DNA of 64,000 nucleotides from Sulfitobacter sp. (GCF_039977885.1 NZ_JBDWCI010000001.1:10435-74434), one strand, 5' to 3'; counted from the stretch's first letter, positions 40,121 through 52,751 are shown. The notes: a model not told the origin generated them from the sequence alone. A program made the numbers and translations.

Positions 40121-40338
40121 GTTTCTTCGCACCATAAATACAAACGGCGCGGCGGAAATGCCGCGTCGATTGCTTGGATCGCAATATATTACCACCACTC
40201 CGGGCGTGCAGGCGTTGACCCCAGAACGAAGGTTTTAACGCCTATAGCTGCTCCAAGGCTTCCTGTGTCATAAGCACTGCTGAAAGGCATCTGGCCGTGC
40301 AGGTTTCAAACCAAAGCAACAGGGATTTCCGCGATACA

Positions 40339-40695
40339 ATGTCGAGCCGCATCAAGAGGATCTGGAAGCACCACCGACTGGCCTTCATGGCTCTGGTCGG
40401 GCTGCTTTGTATTGCGTGCTTTTTTGCATTCAACGCCATTTCTGCCGCGATTTTCTGGAATGATCCGCGCCATCAGGACCAGCCCCTCGCGGGTTGGATG
40501 ACCCCGCGATATGTGGGGCAATCCTATGATCTGCCGCCCGAGGTTCTGGGGCCTGCATTGTTTCTGGGCCCTACCGAGCCACCGCGCCGGTTAAGGCTGG
40601 ATAAAATCGCCGCCGACAATAACGTGACCCTCGACAGGTTACAGCAGCGGGTGAGTGCAGCCAAAGCGGCATATAGGGCGCGACAAGATGACTGA
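40339..40695 (+). CDS. Hypothetical single-TM protein coupled to DedA
   Basis: N-terminal TM helix; [17 protein letters not shown]; overlaps the DedA start. Confidence 0.7.
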   Translation: MSSRIKRIWKHHRLAFMALVGLLCIACFFAFNAISAAIFWNDPRHQDQPLAGWMTPRYVGQSYDLPPEVLGPALFLGPTEPPRRLRLDKIAADNNVTLDRLQQRVSAAKAAYRARQDD

Positions 40696-41284
40696 AACGA
40701 TCCTTGATCTGATGACCGGTTACGGGGTGCCTATCCTCTTTTTGGTCACGTTTCTTTCTTGCCTTTGCATCCCGATGCCTTCTTCGTTGATGATGCTGGC
40801 CGCGGGCAGTTTCGCGGCTACGGGTGATTTGAACACCGCCTCGACAGCCGCCGCAGCTTATACGGGAGCGGTCGCTGGCGATAATACCGGCTACTTTGTT
40901 GCCCGTAAATTTGGCACGCGGATTACGGGATGGATTGATGCAAACCCCAAGCGCGCGGTGCTGCGGGATCGTGCCAGATCCTACATGGAGAGCAAGGGGC
41001 CGATAAGCGTCTTTCTCTCTTGCTGGCTGGTTGCCCCGCTTGGCCCTTATGTCAATCTTGTCTGCGGTTTGACCCGATTTGACTGGATGAAATTCGCGAT
41101 TTGGGGCGCCATGGGAGAGGTGTTCTGGGTCGGGATTTACGTTGGCCTTGGCTACAGCTTTTCCGATCAGATTACGACATTGGCCAACATGCTGGGAAAT
41201 GCCAGTGGCTTTATCGTCGCTCTGGTGGGGGCTCTGTTTCTGGGCCGATGGCTCTGGTCGGCCAGCGCTTTGCGCGACCACTAG
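40688..41284 (+). CDS. DedA/VTT-family membrane protein
   Basis: [26 protein letters not shown] and [10 protein letters not shown] motifs. Confidence 0.85.
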   Translation: MTETILDLMTGYGVPILFLVTFLSCLCIPMPSSLMMLAAGSFAATGDLNTASTAAAAYTGAVAGDNTGYFVARKFGTRITGWIDANPKRAVLRDRARSYMESKGPISVFLSCWLVAPLGPYVNLVCGLTRFDWMKFAIWGAMGEVFWVGIYVGLGYSFSDQITTLANMLGNASGFIVALVGALFLGRWLWSASALRDH

Positions 41285-41351
41285 GCTCAACAAGCCCAAT
41301 GATCACGTGCAGGCGTAGTGCCCATAAAGGCTAGGGGCGAAATGCGTCCCG

Positions 41352-43327
<1,976 letters not shown>

Positions 43328-43418
43328 AAAGCAGGGTCTAGGGGATGGGCGGGCAGGCTGCACGTAGTTTTTGCGTGCTATGCCAAATTATGGCCGCGAT
43401 TGTCTGTAAGGTGGAGGG

Positions 43419-43796
43419 ATGACGTTTGCACAAACATACCGCGAAGAGCGGCTGATCAGCCGGAGATCAAGGGCCAGAAAGGCACGCATAATGGGGCGTG
43501 TGATCGGCTTTGGTTTGACCTTCGGCTTTGTGGTGGCTCTCCGGACAGAGCCGGAATTGCGCACGGCCGTCGAAAACTTGGCAATTGCCGCGATTGCAGC
43601 AGGCGATATCGGGTCGCAGGATGCACCGGCGAATGCCCAAGCGCAGGCAATTGACAGTCTGGGCTATGCACCCGACAGCAAAGAGAACGCAACGCTTAAC
43701 CAATTGGGCATTCCGGGCAGCGATGCCCCTACCGCGCCAAGCAGCAGCCAGTTGCCGGAAAGCCACGTGAAGATCAATCGCGGCATATCGGGCTGA
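43419..43796 (+). CDS. Hypothetical membrane-anchored protein
   Basis: GGAGG RBS; basic N-terminus, one TM segment, low-complexity C-terminus. Confidence 0.55.
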   Translation: MTFAQTYREERLISRRSRARKARIMGRVIGFGLTFGFVVALRTEPELRTAVENLAIAAIAAGDIGSQDAPANAQAQAIDSLGYAPDSKENATLNQLGIPGSDAPTAPSSSQLPESHVKINRGISG

Positions 43797-43827
43797 GCAG
43801 AGGTGCCGGATCAGGCGGGCGAGTGCT

Positions 43828-44709
43828 TTAGAACCATTGCCCCGGTTCCATCAGCCCCAAATCCAATAATTGGCGCGAATGCCACTCAAACGGTGCCGAG
43901 TTGTGCCATTTGAACGTATCAATGTCGTAGCGGCTGCCGGGGTTGGTTTTTAGCGCCTTGGCCGTGCGGAACGAGCAGATCGTGGCGGTGATATTGTGGT
44001 GCCACGGGCAGGCATAGGTGTTATATTCTTCATGCGAAAACGTGTGGTCTTCGCGTAGTTTCAGGCCGGGTGCGGCGCGGAACAGGGCGATCCGGTCAAT
44101 CTTGCGGCGGGCAGGGGGGACGTGTTCCTCATACCGCCAGCGCAAACCGCCGTAAAAATCAAGCTGGCGCTCTTTGGGGTGACCGTCTTTCGTCTGGTCA
44201 GGGCGTGCGAGCGCGTAATACCCCGAGCGGTCCAAATGCGCGCGATCAAGCGATACAGCATCGGGATGCTGCTCCAGATCATCGGAGTATAGATCAATAA
44301 TATAAGTGAGCATGGCCGCCCGGCGTTCTTCGGTATGAAAGGCCAGCATCTCTGTAACGGCGCGTGTTTCGCAGAACGGATAAAAAAGATATTCGGCGTT
44401 GTAACAGTAATAGATCCACTGGTCAGGGGCAGCTGCGATAAGAGCGTTTATGGCATCTTCGGTCGCTGCTTCGCGCGACATGTTATAATCTACGCGATGT
44501 ACGGTTTCTTGCAAATCGCGGGGCAGCGTAAATTGGGCCGGCATTAAGGCTATTACATGTTTAAAGCCGAGTTGCAGATTATGCCGCAGCGTTGTGTTAA
44601 TCTCGACGTCATCCTCAACCAGCACGACCGCGATCGGCCCTTTGGCAAGGGCGGCATTCTGGTCGGATATAAACTGCGTGAGCGAAGTATAGTGCATGAA
44701 TGCCTGCAT
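43828..44709 (-). CDS. Hypothetical protein, glycosyltransferase-family-2-like
   Basis: GPIAVVLVED...HNLQLGF...WIYYCYNAEYLFYP resembles GT2-like proteins with an altered DxD; start may be 44697. Confidence 0.55.
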   Translation of the reverse strand: MQAFMHYTSLTQFISDQNAALAKGPIAVVLVEDDVEINTTLRHNLQLGFKHVIALMPAQFTLPRDLQETVHRVDYNMSREAATEDAINALIAAAPDQWIYYCYNAEYLFYPFCETRAVTEMLAFHTEERRAAMLTYIIDLYSDDLEQHPDAVSLDRAHLDRSGYYALARPDQTKDGHPKERQLDFYGGLRWRYEEHVPPARRKIDRIALFRAAPGLKLREDHTFSHEEYNTYACPWHHNITATICSFRTAKALKTNPGSRYDIDTFKWHNSAPFEWHSRQLLDLGLMEPGQWF

Positions 44710-44818
44710 TATTGGTGTTTGCCGTAGAATCGGTTAAATCGCCGTGCATTGCAAGATGTCGCGCGCGCTGATAGAGCGCGGGCCATTCATTCTCCTCTTT
44801 GATCCGCAGGCGCACCTC

Positions 44819-46135
44819 ATGTCCGAGACAAAAAACGACACTCCCAAAAAGCTCTTTATCAAGACTTACGGCTGTCAGATGAACGTCTATGACAGTGAGC
44901 GTATGGCCGAAAGCCTTGAGGGCTATGTGCAGACGGATACGGCGGATGATGCGGATATGATCCTGCTCAATACCTGCCACATCCGCGAAAAGGCGGCCGA
45001 AAAGGTCTATTCCGAGTTGGGACGCCTGAAACCGCTCAAGGCGCTGAACCCCGATTTGAAAATTGGCGTGACCGGATGTGTGGCGCAGGCCGAAGGGGCC
45101 GAGATCATGCGCCGGCAGCCTGCTGTTGATCTGGTGGTCGGGCCGCAGTCCTATCACCGTCTGCCCGAAATGGAGGCCCAAGTGCGCGGTGGCAAATCCG
45201 CGCTTGATACGGATTTTCCCGAAGAAGATAAATTTAATCACCTCAAAGGCCGCGGCATCAAGGCCAAGCGCGCACCCGCTGCGTTTTTGACGGTGCAAGA
45301 GGGCTGCGACAAATTCTGCGCTTTCTGTGTGGTGCCGTATACGCGCGGGGCCGAAGTGTCGCGGCCTGCGGACAAAGTGATCCGTGAGGCGCAAGAGCTG
45401 GTTGAACGCGGCGTGCGCGAGCTCACGCTGTTGGGGCAGAATGTGAATGCCTATCACGGCGGCATGACATTGGCGCAGCTTGTGCGCGCATTGGCAAAGG
45501 TCGATGGGCTAGAGCGTATTCGCTATACGACCAGCCATCCCAATGATATGGACGACGATCTGATCGCGGCCCATGCGGATACCGATAAACTGATGCCGTA
45601 TTTGCACCTGCCTGTGCAATCAGGCTCTGACCGCATCCTCAAGCGGATGAACCGTAGCCATACTGCGGAAAGCTATCTGAAGCTCATCGAGAAAATTCGC
45701 AGCGTGCGTCCAGACATCATGATGTCGGGTGATTTTATCGTTGGCTTCCCCGAAGAGACCGAAGCGGATTTTCAGGCCACGATGGATCTGGTCGAAGAGG
45801 TGAACTACGGCTACGCCTATAGCTTCAAATACTCGACCCGTCCCGGCACGCCGGCGGCAGAGCGGGCGCAGGTTGATCCTGCCGAAGCAGATGAACGTCT
45901 GCAGCGCTTGCAAGCTTTGATCAGCCGCCAGCAATACGCCATTCAGGAAAGCATGGTTGGACGCGACCTATCTGTGTTGGTCGAAAAGGCAGGGCGCAAT
46001 GCAGGGCAGATGTTGGGCAAGTCGGAATATTTGCACGCGGTTCATATCGATCAGTCAACCGCCAAGATCGGTGATGTCGTGCCCGTCCGTATTACCCGTG
46101 CCATGACCAACTCGCTCACGGCGGTTGAGATTTAA
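44819..46135 (+). CDS. miaB: tRNA-2-methylthio-N6-dimethylallyladenosine synthase
   Basis: [22 protein letters not shown] radical-SAM motif and C-terminal TRAM domain. Confidence 0.96.
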   Translation: MSETKNDTPKKLFIKTYGCQMNVYDSERMAESLEGYVQTDTADDADMILLNTCHIREKAAEKVYSELGRLKPLKALNPDLKIGVTGCVAQAEGAEIMRRQPAVDLVVGPQSYHRLPEMEAQVRGGKSALDTDFPEEDKFNHLKGRGIKAKRAPAAFLTVQEGCDKFCAFCVVPYTRGAEVSRPADKVIREAQELVERGVRELTLLGQNVNAYHGGMTLAQLVRALAKVDGLERIRYTTSHPNDMDDDLIAAHADTDKLMPYLHLPVQSGSDRILKRMNRSHTAESYLKLIEKIRSVRPDIMMSGDFIVGFPEETEADFQATMDLVEEVNYGYAYSFKYSTRPGTPAAERAQVDPAEADERLQRLQALISRQQYAIQESMVGRDLSVLVEKAGRNAGQMLGKSEYLHAVHIDQSTAKIGDVVPVRITRAMTNSLTAVEI

Positions 46136-46432
46136 CGCACGCAGGCTTGGAAAAATGCCCGTGCTACCTTAGGCTTACGGGGCGCGCGGCCCGTGAATGA
46201 GCCGAAACGGGATGCTTTTTCGGAGAAAACGCAGAGATCAACTACCATACTATGGCTTTTGAGACGCACAAACACCTTCCTTGGGTGTTTTTGCCCCATT
46301 GAATACCATATCTTGCAGATAAATACTTTTCAGAACCCTTAATTGCCCTTAACGTAGCATCATGTGGAGCTTACGCGTCGACGCAGTGCGCCGGAATATG
46401 GGCTTCGGGGGAACAAAAAAAGGAAAAGAGCT

Positions 46433-47008
46433 GTGGTAAACACACTTTTCAAAACAATGCGGCTGGCAGCAGGGACCGCGCTTGTTGCGGCAATGACCTT
46501 GCAAGGTGCCGCAGCGGTTGCACAAACGAGATCACAAGGCGGCCGCGATGGCGGTCAGTACATTCCGACAATCTGGGTTGACCCTGACGGGTGTGAGCAC
46601 TGGGTTATGGATGACGGTGTCGAAGGCTTTATGACGCCGCACACAAACCGGCAGGGTATTCCGGTCTGTCGCCGTGGCAACGTCTGTGGCGTGATGCAAA
46701 GCGATCAGTTCTTTGCAACCGACAGCGCACGGATTTCCAAAGGCGGGCAGGCGCGCCTGCAAGAGTTCTTCAAGACGAACAAGGCTGTGAGCTATATCAT
46801 CACGGGTCACACCGACAGCCGCGCGTCTGATGAATATAACATGCGTCTTTCGCTGAACCGCGCCAATTCGGTTGCACGGGTGGCACAAGCTTCGGGTGCG
46901 CGTATTGCGGATGTCCGCGGCTATGGTGAACGTCAACCCGCTGCGTCAAACAAGACGGCTAGCGGCATGGCGAAGAACCGTCGCGTTGAAATTATCTGCA
47001 TTAACTAA
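46433..47008 (+). CDS. OmpA-family (peptidoglycan-binding) secreted protein
   Basis: Signal peptide; FATDSA, GHTDSRASDEYNMRLSLNRA, GYGERQP and NRRVEI motifs; GTG start after AGGA. Confidence 0.88.
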   Translation: MVNTLFKTMRLAAGTALVAAMTLQGAAAVAQTRSQGGRDGGQYIPTIWVDPDGCEHWVMDDGVEGFMTPHTNRQGIPVCRRGNVCGVMQSDQFFATDSARISKGGQARLQEFFKTNKAVSYIITGHTDSRASDEYNMRLSLNRANSVARVAQASGARIADVRGYGERQPAASNKTASGMAKNRRVEIICIN

Positions 47009-47020
47009 AGGAACAGGCAT

Positions 47021-47341
47021 ATGAACGTTGTAAAAATCACTACGCTTGTTGCTTTGGCTGGCCTTGTATCGGCCTGCGAAGATTTTCAGGTAAGAGAGCA
47101 AGGCCCCGACAAAACCATCGACCGCGGTATTGATAAAAAACACCTCAGCCAGCTTGAAGCGGGCATCTGGGTTGATCCCAATGGCTGTGATCATTGGATT
47201 ATCGATGATGGCGTCGAGGGCTATTTGTCGGCCCGTCTGGACAAATTCGGCAAGCCGGTTTGCTCTGGCGTCGCGCCGCCCACCCATACGGTTGGCGACT
47301 TCAAGAAAGGTGCCACTGGCATCATCGGCGACCCGATCTGA
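47021..47341 (+). CDS. Small lipoprotein, paralogous to the OmpA N-terminal module
   Basis: Lipobox LVSA-C19; WVDPNGCDHWIIDDGVEG motif. Confidence 0.8.
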   Translation: MNVVKITTLVALAGLVSACEDFQVREQGPDKTIDRGIDKKHLSQLEAGIWVDPNGCDHWIIDDGVEGYLSARLDKFGKPVCSGVAPPTHTVGDFKKGATGIIGDPI

Positions 47342-47362
47342 GTGTCCTTGTATTCTGACGAT

Positions 47363-47399
47363 AAAAAGGGCCGGAGTGTTGCACACTGCGGCCCTTTTT
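47363..47399 (+). terminator. Terminator after the OmpA/lipoprotein pair
   Basis: AAAAAGGGCCG...CGGCCCTTTTT. Confidence 0.75.
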
Positions 47400-47471
47400 C
47401 TATGGTCGCGCTGGAATACAATGTGACCAGGACTTATCTGTTTTCCATAACCCTGTTGAAAGGACCTGCTT

Positions 47472-48497
47472 TTGTCTCTTCCCGATGCGCCGACGGCTGA
47501 AACCGGACCTCCGGGCCCTGTGCTGGAGTTTTCTGACAACCGTTTGTTGATCGATCTGTGCGGCCCGTATGACCAGCACCTCGCGTCGATTGAAAAAACC
47601 TTGGATATCCAGATTGTGCGGCGCGGCAATTTCCTGACCCTGCTGGGGGAGGCACCTGCCACAGAGCGTGCAGCACAGGTGCTGCAAGAGCTATATACCC
47701 GTCTGGAAGGTGGTCGCAGTGTCGAGCCTGCCGATGTGGACATGGTGTTGCGTATGGGGGCTTCGACCCATGAAACCGGTGTGCAGGATGGTGATCAGAT
47801 CGAGATGCCTATTGCCCACGGGATTGAAATTCAGACCCGTAAAAAGCGCGTAGAGCCGCGCACACCAGCGCAAAAAGCATATGTTGAATCGCTATTCGCG
47901 AACGAGCTTGCCTTTGGCATTGGTCCTGCGGGCACGGGCAAGACCTATCTTGCTGTGGCTGTGGGTGTGTCGATGTTTCTGTCCGGCAAAGTCGACAAGA
48001 TTATTCTAAGCCGCCCAGCCGTTGAGGCCGGAGAAAAGCTGGGCTTTTTACCGGGCACACAGGATGAAAAAGTCGACCCTTACATGCAGCCGCTTTACGA
48101 CGCGTTGAATGATTTCTTACCCGGCAAGCAATTGGCCAAGCTACGTGAGGAAAAGACAATCGAGATCGCGCCGCTGGCCTTTATGCGGGGGCGTACGTTG
48201 AGCAATGCGTTTGTCGTGCTGGATGAGGCGCAGAATGCGACCACGATGCAGATGAAGATGTTTCTGACCCGGCTGGGGCAGGGATCGCGCATGGTGATTA
48301 CGGGCGACCGGACACAGATTGACCTGCCGCGTGGTCAGGCGTCGGGGCTGGCTGATGCGGAGCGTTTGCTGAAAACCATCCCCAAGATCAGCTTTAACTA
48401 CTTCACCTCCAAGGACGTTGTGCGGCACCCGCTGGTTGCGGCGATTATCGAAGCCTACGAGGCCGAAGCCGAACGCGCGTTGAACCGTGACGTCTGA
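47472..48497 (+). CDS. PhoH-family ATPase
   Basis: GPAGTGKT, RPAVEAGE, RGRTL, DEAQN and VVRHPLV motifs. Confidence 0.93.
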   Translation: MSLPDAPTAETGPPGPVLEFSDNRLLIDLCGPYDQHLASIEKTLDIQIVRRGNFLTLLGEAPATERAAQVLQELYTRLEGGRSVEPADVDMVLRMGASTHETGVQDGDQIEMPIAHGIEIQTRKKRVEPRTPAQKAYVESLFANELAFGIGPAGTGKTYLAVAVGVSMFLSGKVDKIILSRPAVEAGEKLGFLPGTQDEKVDPYMQPLYDALNDFLPGKQLAKLREEKTIEIAPLAFMRGRTLSNAFVVLDEAQNATTMQMKMFLTRLGQGSRMVITGDRTQIDLPRGQASGLADAERLLKTIPKISFNYFTSKDVVRHPLVAAIIEAYEAEAERALNRDV

Positions 48498-49071
48498 GCT
48501 CGAGATGGAAGCGCTGGAGGTTGTGATCGAGTCTGCCCTGTGGGAGGAGGCCGCGTTGTTGCCTTTGGTCCGGCGCGCTGTGGTGGCCACGCTCGAACAT
48601 ATTCAACTTGACGCGGAAACCTGCGAAGTCGTGGTGCTGGCCTGTGATGATGCCCGCATTGCCGAGCTCAACACCGAGTTTCGCGGCAAACCTACGCCCA
48701 CAAATGTGCTGAGCTGGCCTGCTCAACCCCTCGCGCCGGCCAGTGAAGGGCAGGCACCACCGGCCGCGCAGGCGGGTTTTGACGGTATGGTGGAATTGGG
48801 TGATATCGCATTGAGCCACGAGACCTGCGCGACCGAAGCGCATGATTCGGGGAAACCGTTTGACCACCATCTAACCCACTTGATTGTGCATGGTGTGCTT
48901 CATTTATTAGGCTATGATCATGTGCAAGACGGCGATGCCGTGCTCATGGAGCGTCTTGAGGTCGAAATTCTTGGTGATTTGGACATAGATGACCCATATA
49001 ATATGCACGAAACACTGACCGACCCCGCAATGGGGTCCCTTCCAAAGACAGGACCCAATGGGCGACACTGA
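48487..49071 (+). CDS. ybeY: rRNA maturation endoribonuclease YbeY
   Basis: LNTEFRGKPTPTNVLSW and HGVLHLLGYDH; start may be the ATG at 48505. Confidence 0.95.
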   Translation: MTSELEMEALEVVIESALWEEAALLPLVRRAVVATLEHIQLDAETCEVVVLACDDARIAELNTEFRGKPTPTNVLSWPAQPLAPASEGQAPPAAQAGFDGMVELGDIALSHETCATEAHDSGKPFDHHLTHLIVHGVLHLLGYDHVQDGDAVLMERLEVEILGDLDIDDPYNMHETLTDPAMGSLPKTGPNGRH

Positions 49072-49966
49072 CGGATCTTCTATCGCGGCGCTTAGCGCGC
49101 AGGATCAACTCTCCCCCGACGACAGCAGCCCACCGGGCGATACGGACACCGCCAAAAGCGGATTTTTCAGCCGCGTGATCGAAGCGCTGAGCCCGTCCGA
49201 GAGCGATGAAAGCAGTGCGCCTGCTTTGCAAAACAAAGAGCACAACAGCACAGGCATGGGCAATTTACGCCGTATGCGGGTGGATGATGTGATGGTGCCC
49301 AAGGCAGATATCGTTGCCATCAGCGCGACCGCCTCGCTTGAGGAGCTGGTCGCGGTGTTCAAGGAAAGCGGGTTGACCCGTTTGCCGGTTTATGACGGCA
49401 CGCTTGATACGCCGTTGGGTATGGCCCACCTCAAGGACGTGGCGCTGGAGTACGGTTTTACCTCCAAGACCAAAACCTTCAATATGGATGAGATCGTGCG
49501 CCCGTTGGTCTATGTGCCGCCGTCCATGACGATCGGTGTATTGCTCACCAAGATGCAGGCCGAGCGGCGGCATATGGCATTGGTGATTGATGAATATGGT
49601 GGGGTCGACGGTCTGGTGACCATTGAGGATCTGATTGAACAGGTGATCGGCCAGATCGAGGACGAACATGACGTCGACGAAGGCGTTTACTGGACCGAAG
49701 AAAAACCGGGGCAATATATGGCACTTGCCAAGACGCCTCTCGAAGATTTCGAGGTCTTGGTGGGCCGCTCGCTCACCGATCATGAGGACGTAGACGAGGA
49801 AGAAATCGACACGTTGGGCGGTCTGGTCTTTATGTTGTCGGGTAGGGTCCCTGCGCGTGGCGAGGTTGTCGTACATCCCGATGGTCCAGAGTTCGAAGTG
49901 ATGGATGCTGATCCGCGCCGGATCAAACGGCTTCGGGTGCGCATGACGGGCACGCCTGCGGAATGA
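49058..49966 (+). CDS. CBS-domain CorC/HlyC-family protein
   Basis: VMVP, SGLTRLPVY, HMALVIDEYGGVDGLVTIED and DTLGG motifs. Confidence 0.9.
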   Translation: MGDTDGSSIAALSAQDQLSPDDSSPPGDTDTAKSGFFSRVIEALSPSESDESSAPALQNKEHNSTGMGNLRRMRVDDVMVPKADIVAISATASLEELVAVFKESGLTRLPVYDGTLDTPLGMAHLKDVALEYGFTSKTKTFNMDEIVRPLVYVPPSMTIGVLLTKMQAERRHMALVIDEYGGVDGLVTIEDLIEQVIGQIEDEHDVDEGVYWTEEKPGQYMALAKTPLEDFEVLVGRSLTDHEDVDEEEIDTLGGLVFMLSGRVPARGEVVVHPDGPEFEVMDADPRRIKRLRVRMTGTPAE

Positions 49967-51453
49967 GCTCACGGTGCCTGCGCGCAGCTGTGCCTGTTGC
50001 TTTTGGTGCTGTTGCCGCGTTGGGGCAGGCGCCATTTGAATGGCCAGTGTTATTCTTGCTGGCTTTGGCTGGGATGTTCGTCTGGCTAAGGCGCTCGGCG
50101 CTTACCGCTGCTGAGGTTGCGCGCCGCGGCTGGGCGTTCGGCTTTGGCTATTTTGCGATCTCGCTGCATTGGATCGTTTCCCCCTTTCTGGTTGATGCCG
50201 CGCGCCACGGGTGGATGGCACCTTTTGCGGTTGTCTTGATGGCGGCCGGAGGGGCGTTGTTCTGGATGGCGGGGTTCTGGCTTGCCCGCAGGATGGGCCC
50301 GCGCCTTGGTTGGTTGGTGGTGACCTTGCCCGGGATAGAGCTTTTGCGCAGCTATATCTTTACGGGATTTCCTTGGGCATCGCCGGCGCAGACAACCGTG
50401 AACACGCTCTTGGGACAGGGGTTGTCGCTTGTCGGGCCGCAAGGGGTCAATCTGGTGCTGATTGCCTTGGCTGTGACGATCGCGGTGCTGCTGATGCGCA
50501 GGGTTTGGTGGAGCAGAGCACTGGCCGCTGTATTGGTTTTGCCTGTGCTGCTGCCATCCTTTGCAAGCCCTGCAACACGGACGGGGCAGGTGATCCGCCT
50601 TGTGCAACCTAATGCGCCGCAACACCAGAAATGGGATCCCGAGATGATCCCGATTTTCTATGCCCGCCAGCTTGAGTTTACAGCCGCGCCGCCAAGCGCG
50701 GGTTGGGACGCGCCTGCGTTGATTGTCTGGCCCGAGACCGCGATCCCCTGGACCCTGAGCTATGCGGGGGATGTTCTGCCGCAGATCAGCGCGGCAGCGG
50801 GCGGCACACCTGTTGTCCTTGGTGTGCAGCGCAACGAGGGTGAGCGGTTCTACAACAGTCTTGTGACTTTGGGGCCGCAAGGCACCGTGGAGCAGATGTA
50901 CGACAAGCATCATCTGGTGCCCTTTGGAGAATATGTGCCGCTGGGGGATTTCATGGCGCGTTTCGGCATCTATGGATTGGCGCCTCAATATGGATCGGGT
51001 TTTAGCGCGGGACCGGGCGCTCAGTTGATGGATTTCGGCGCGCTGGGCCGCGCGTTGCCATTGATCTGTTATGAGGCGGTGTTTGCCCATGACGTGAACG
51101 CAGCGCCTGCGCGACCGGATTTTATCATTCACGCGACCAATGACGCGTGGTTCGGCAAAGACGCAGGTCCGCAACAGCATCTAGCACAGGCCCGCATGCG
51201 CGCGATCGAGCAGGGCTTGCCGGTCGCACGGGCTGCGAATACCGGTATCAGTGCGATGATCGACCCGCACGGGCGCGTGCTGGATCATCTTGGCTTGGGA
51301 CAGGCGGGATATGTTGACGCAGTTTTGCCCGCGCCGCTGGCACCCACGCTTTATAGCCGCACGGGGGACTGGCCGGTCACGGTATTGTTATTGCTTGCAT
51401 TGGCTGTGGGCCTGTTGCGCAGTGTGATGAGACATCGCACGCCGACCGAATAG
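49963..51453 (+). CDS. lnt: Apolipoprotein N-acyltransferase
   Basis: Catalytic triad in WPET, YDKHHLVPFGE and ICYE; NDAWFG. Confidence 0.95.
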   Translation: MSSRCLRAAVPVAFGAVAALGQAPFEWPVLFLLALAGMFVWLRRSALTAAEVARRGWAFGFGYFAISLHWIVSPFLVDAARHGWMAPFAVVLMAAGGALFWMAGFWLARRMGPRLGWLVVTLPGIELLRSYIFTGFPWASPAQTTVNTLLGQGLSLVGPQGVNLVLIALAVTIAVLLMRRVWWSRALAAVLVLPVLLPSFASPATRTGQVIRLVQPNAPQHQKWDPEMIPIFYARQLEFTAAPPSAGWDAPALIVWPETAIPWTLSYAGDVLPQISAAAGGTPVVLGVQRNEGERFYNSLVTLGPQGTVEQMYDKHHLVPFGEYVPLGDFMARFGIYGLAPQYGSGFSAGPGAQLMDFGALGRALPLICYEAVFAHDVNAAPARPDFIIHATNDAWFGKDAGPQQHLAQARMRAIEQGLPVARAANTGISAMIDPHGRVLDHLGLGQAGYVDAVLPAPLAPTLYSRTGDWPVTVLLLLALAVGLLRSVMRHRTPTE

Positions 51454-51493
51454 CATTGACCCGCAGGTCAGGGAGGCTTACCTCGGTCTAAGC

Positions 51494-51541
51494 GCACCAC
51501 AACGGCTTCCTGACGTGGTGCTGGATCATTTTTTTGGAGCA
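51494..51541 (+). promoter_or_regulatory. SAM-SAH riboswitch
   Basis: GCACCAC-AACGGCTTCCTGAC-GTGGTGC...GGAGCA directly upstream of metK matches the Rhodobacterales SAM/SAH aptamer; CTTCC can pair with the GGAG RBS. Confidence 0.88.
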
Positions 51542-51546
51542 CGTTC

Positions 51547-52728
51547 ATGTCCCGTAAGTCTTATATTTTCACCTCGGAATCCGTTTCCGAGGGCCACCCC
51601 GATAAAGTTTGCGATCGGATCAGCGACGCGGTGCTGGACGCGTTTCTCGCCGAGGAGCCCGAGGCGCGGGTCGCAGCAGAGACCTTTGCCACCACGAACC
51701 GTGTCGTCATCGGCGGTGAGGTCGGCCTGTCGGATAAGGACAAGCTGCACAGCTATATGGATAGCATTCAGGACATCGCGCGCGCCTGTATCAAAGACAT
51801 CGGCTATGAGCAGGACAAGTTCCACCACGAAACAGTCGAAATCACCAATCTGCTGCATGAACAGTCCGCGCATATTGCGCAGGGCGTCGATTCCGCAACT
51901 GACAAGGATGAAGGTGCTGGCGATCAGGGCATCATGTTCGGCTATGCCACCGATGAAACCGATGTGCTGATGCCGGCACCGATCCATTATGCCCACGCGA
52001 TCCTGCAACGTCTGGCCGAAGTGCGTAAGGACGGGACCGAGCCTACGCTGCGTCCGGATGCAAAATCACAGCTGTCGGTTCGCTATGAAGACGGGAAGCC
52101 TGTGGGCGTGACGTCTATCGTCCTAAGCACGCAGCACGCTGAAGAAAGCCAGACCAGCGTGGATATTCGCGCTATCGTCGAACCCTACATTCGCGAAGTG
52201 CTGCCCGAGGGCTGGATTTCGGACGAGACCGAATGGTGGGTAAACCCGACGGGAACATTTGTCATCGGCGGCCCTGACGGAGATGCGGGCCTGACAGGGC
52301 GCAAGATCATCGTTGACACTTACGGCGGCGCGGCTCCGCACGGCGGCGGCGCGTTCTCTGGCAAAGACCCGACAAAAGTTGACCGCTCGGCGGCTTATGC
52401 GGCGCGCTATCTGGCCAAAAACGTCGTTGCGGCGGGCATGGCGTCCAAATGTACAATCCAGCTGAGCTATGCGATCGGCGTCAGCAAGCCGCTGTCGATT
52501 TATTGCGATACCTTCGGCACGGGTGAGGTCGATCCCGAGGCGATCGAGCGCGCAATTTCTCAGGTTATGGACCTTACGCCGCGCGGTATCCGCCAGCATC
52601 TGGAGCTGAACAAGCCAATCTATCAACGCACAGCTGCCTACGGCCACTTTGGCCGCACGCCTGATGCCGACGGCGGGTTCAGCTGGGAACGCACAGATCT
52701 GGCCGATGCTCTGGCGGCGCAAATCTAG
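51547..52728 (+). CDS. metK: S-adenosylmethionine synthetase
   Basis: [19 protein letters not shown] and GGGAFSGKD motifs. Confidence 0.98.
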   Translation: MSRKSYIFTSESVSEGHPDKVCDRISDAVLDAFLAEEPEARVAAETFATTNRVVIGGEVGLSDKDKLHSYMDSIQDIARACIKDIGYEQDKFHHETVEITNLLHEQSAHIAQGVDSATDKDEGAGDQGIMFGYATDETDVLMPAPIHYAHAILQRLAEVRKDGTEPTLRPDAKSQLSVRYEDGKPVGVTSIVLSTQHAEESQTSVDIRAIVEPYIREVLPEGWISDETEWWVNPTGTFVIGGPDGDAGLTGRKIIVDTYGGAAPHGGGAFSGKDPTKVDRSAAYAARYLAKNVVAAGMASKCTIQLSYAIGVSKPLSIYCDTFGTGEVDPEAIERAISQVMDLTPRGIRQHLELNKPIYQRTAAYGHFGRTPDADGGFSWERTDLADALAAQI

Positions 52729-52751
52729 ATTATGCGGCGTTCCGGCTTTTG

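Noticed and set aside
46339-46353. CtrA-like site TTAA-TTGCCC-TTAAC upstream of the OmpA gene
   Set aside because: The spacer is 6 nt rather than the canonical 7, so it is not supportable without data.
47472-52728. phoH-ybeY-corC-lnt-metK with the SAM-SAH riboswitch as a novelty
   Set aside because: This is a well-known conserved arrangement and a described riboswitch class.
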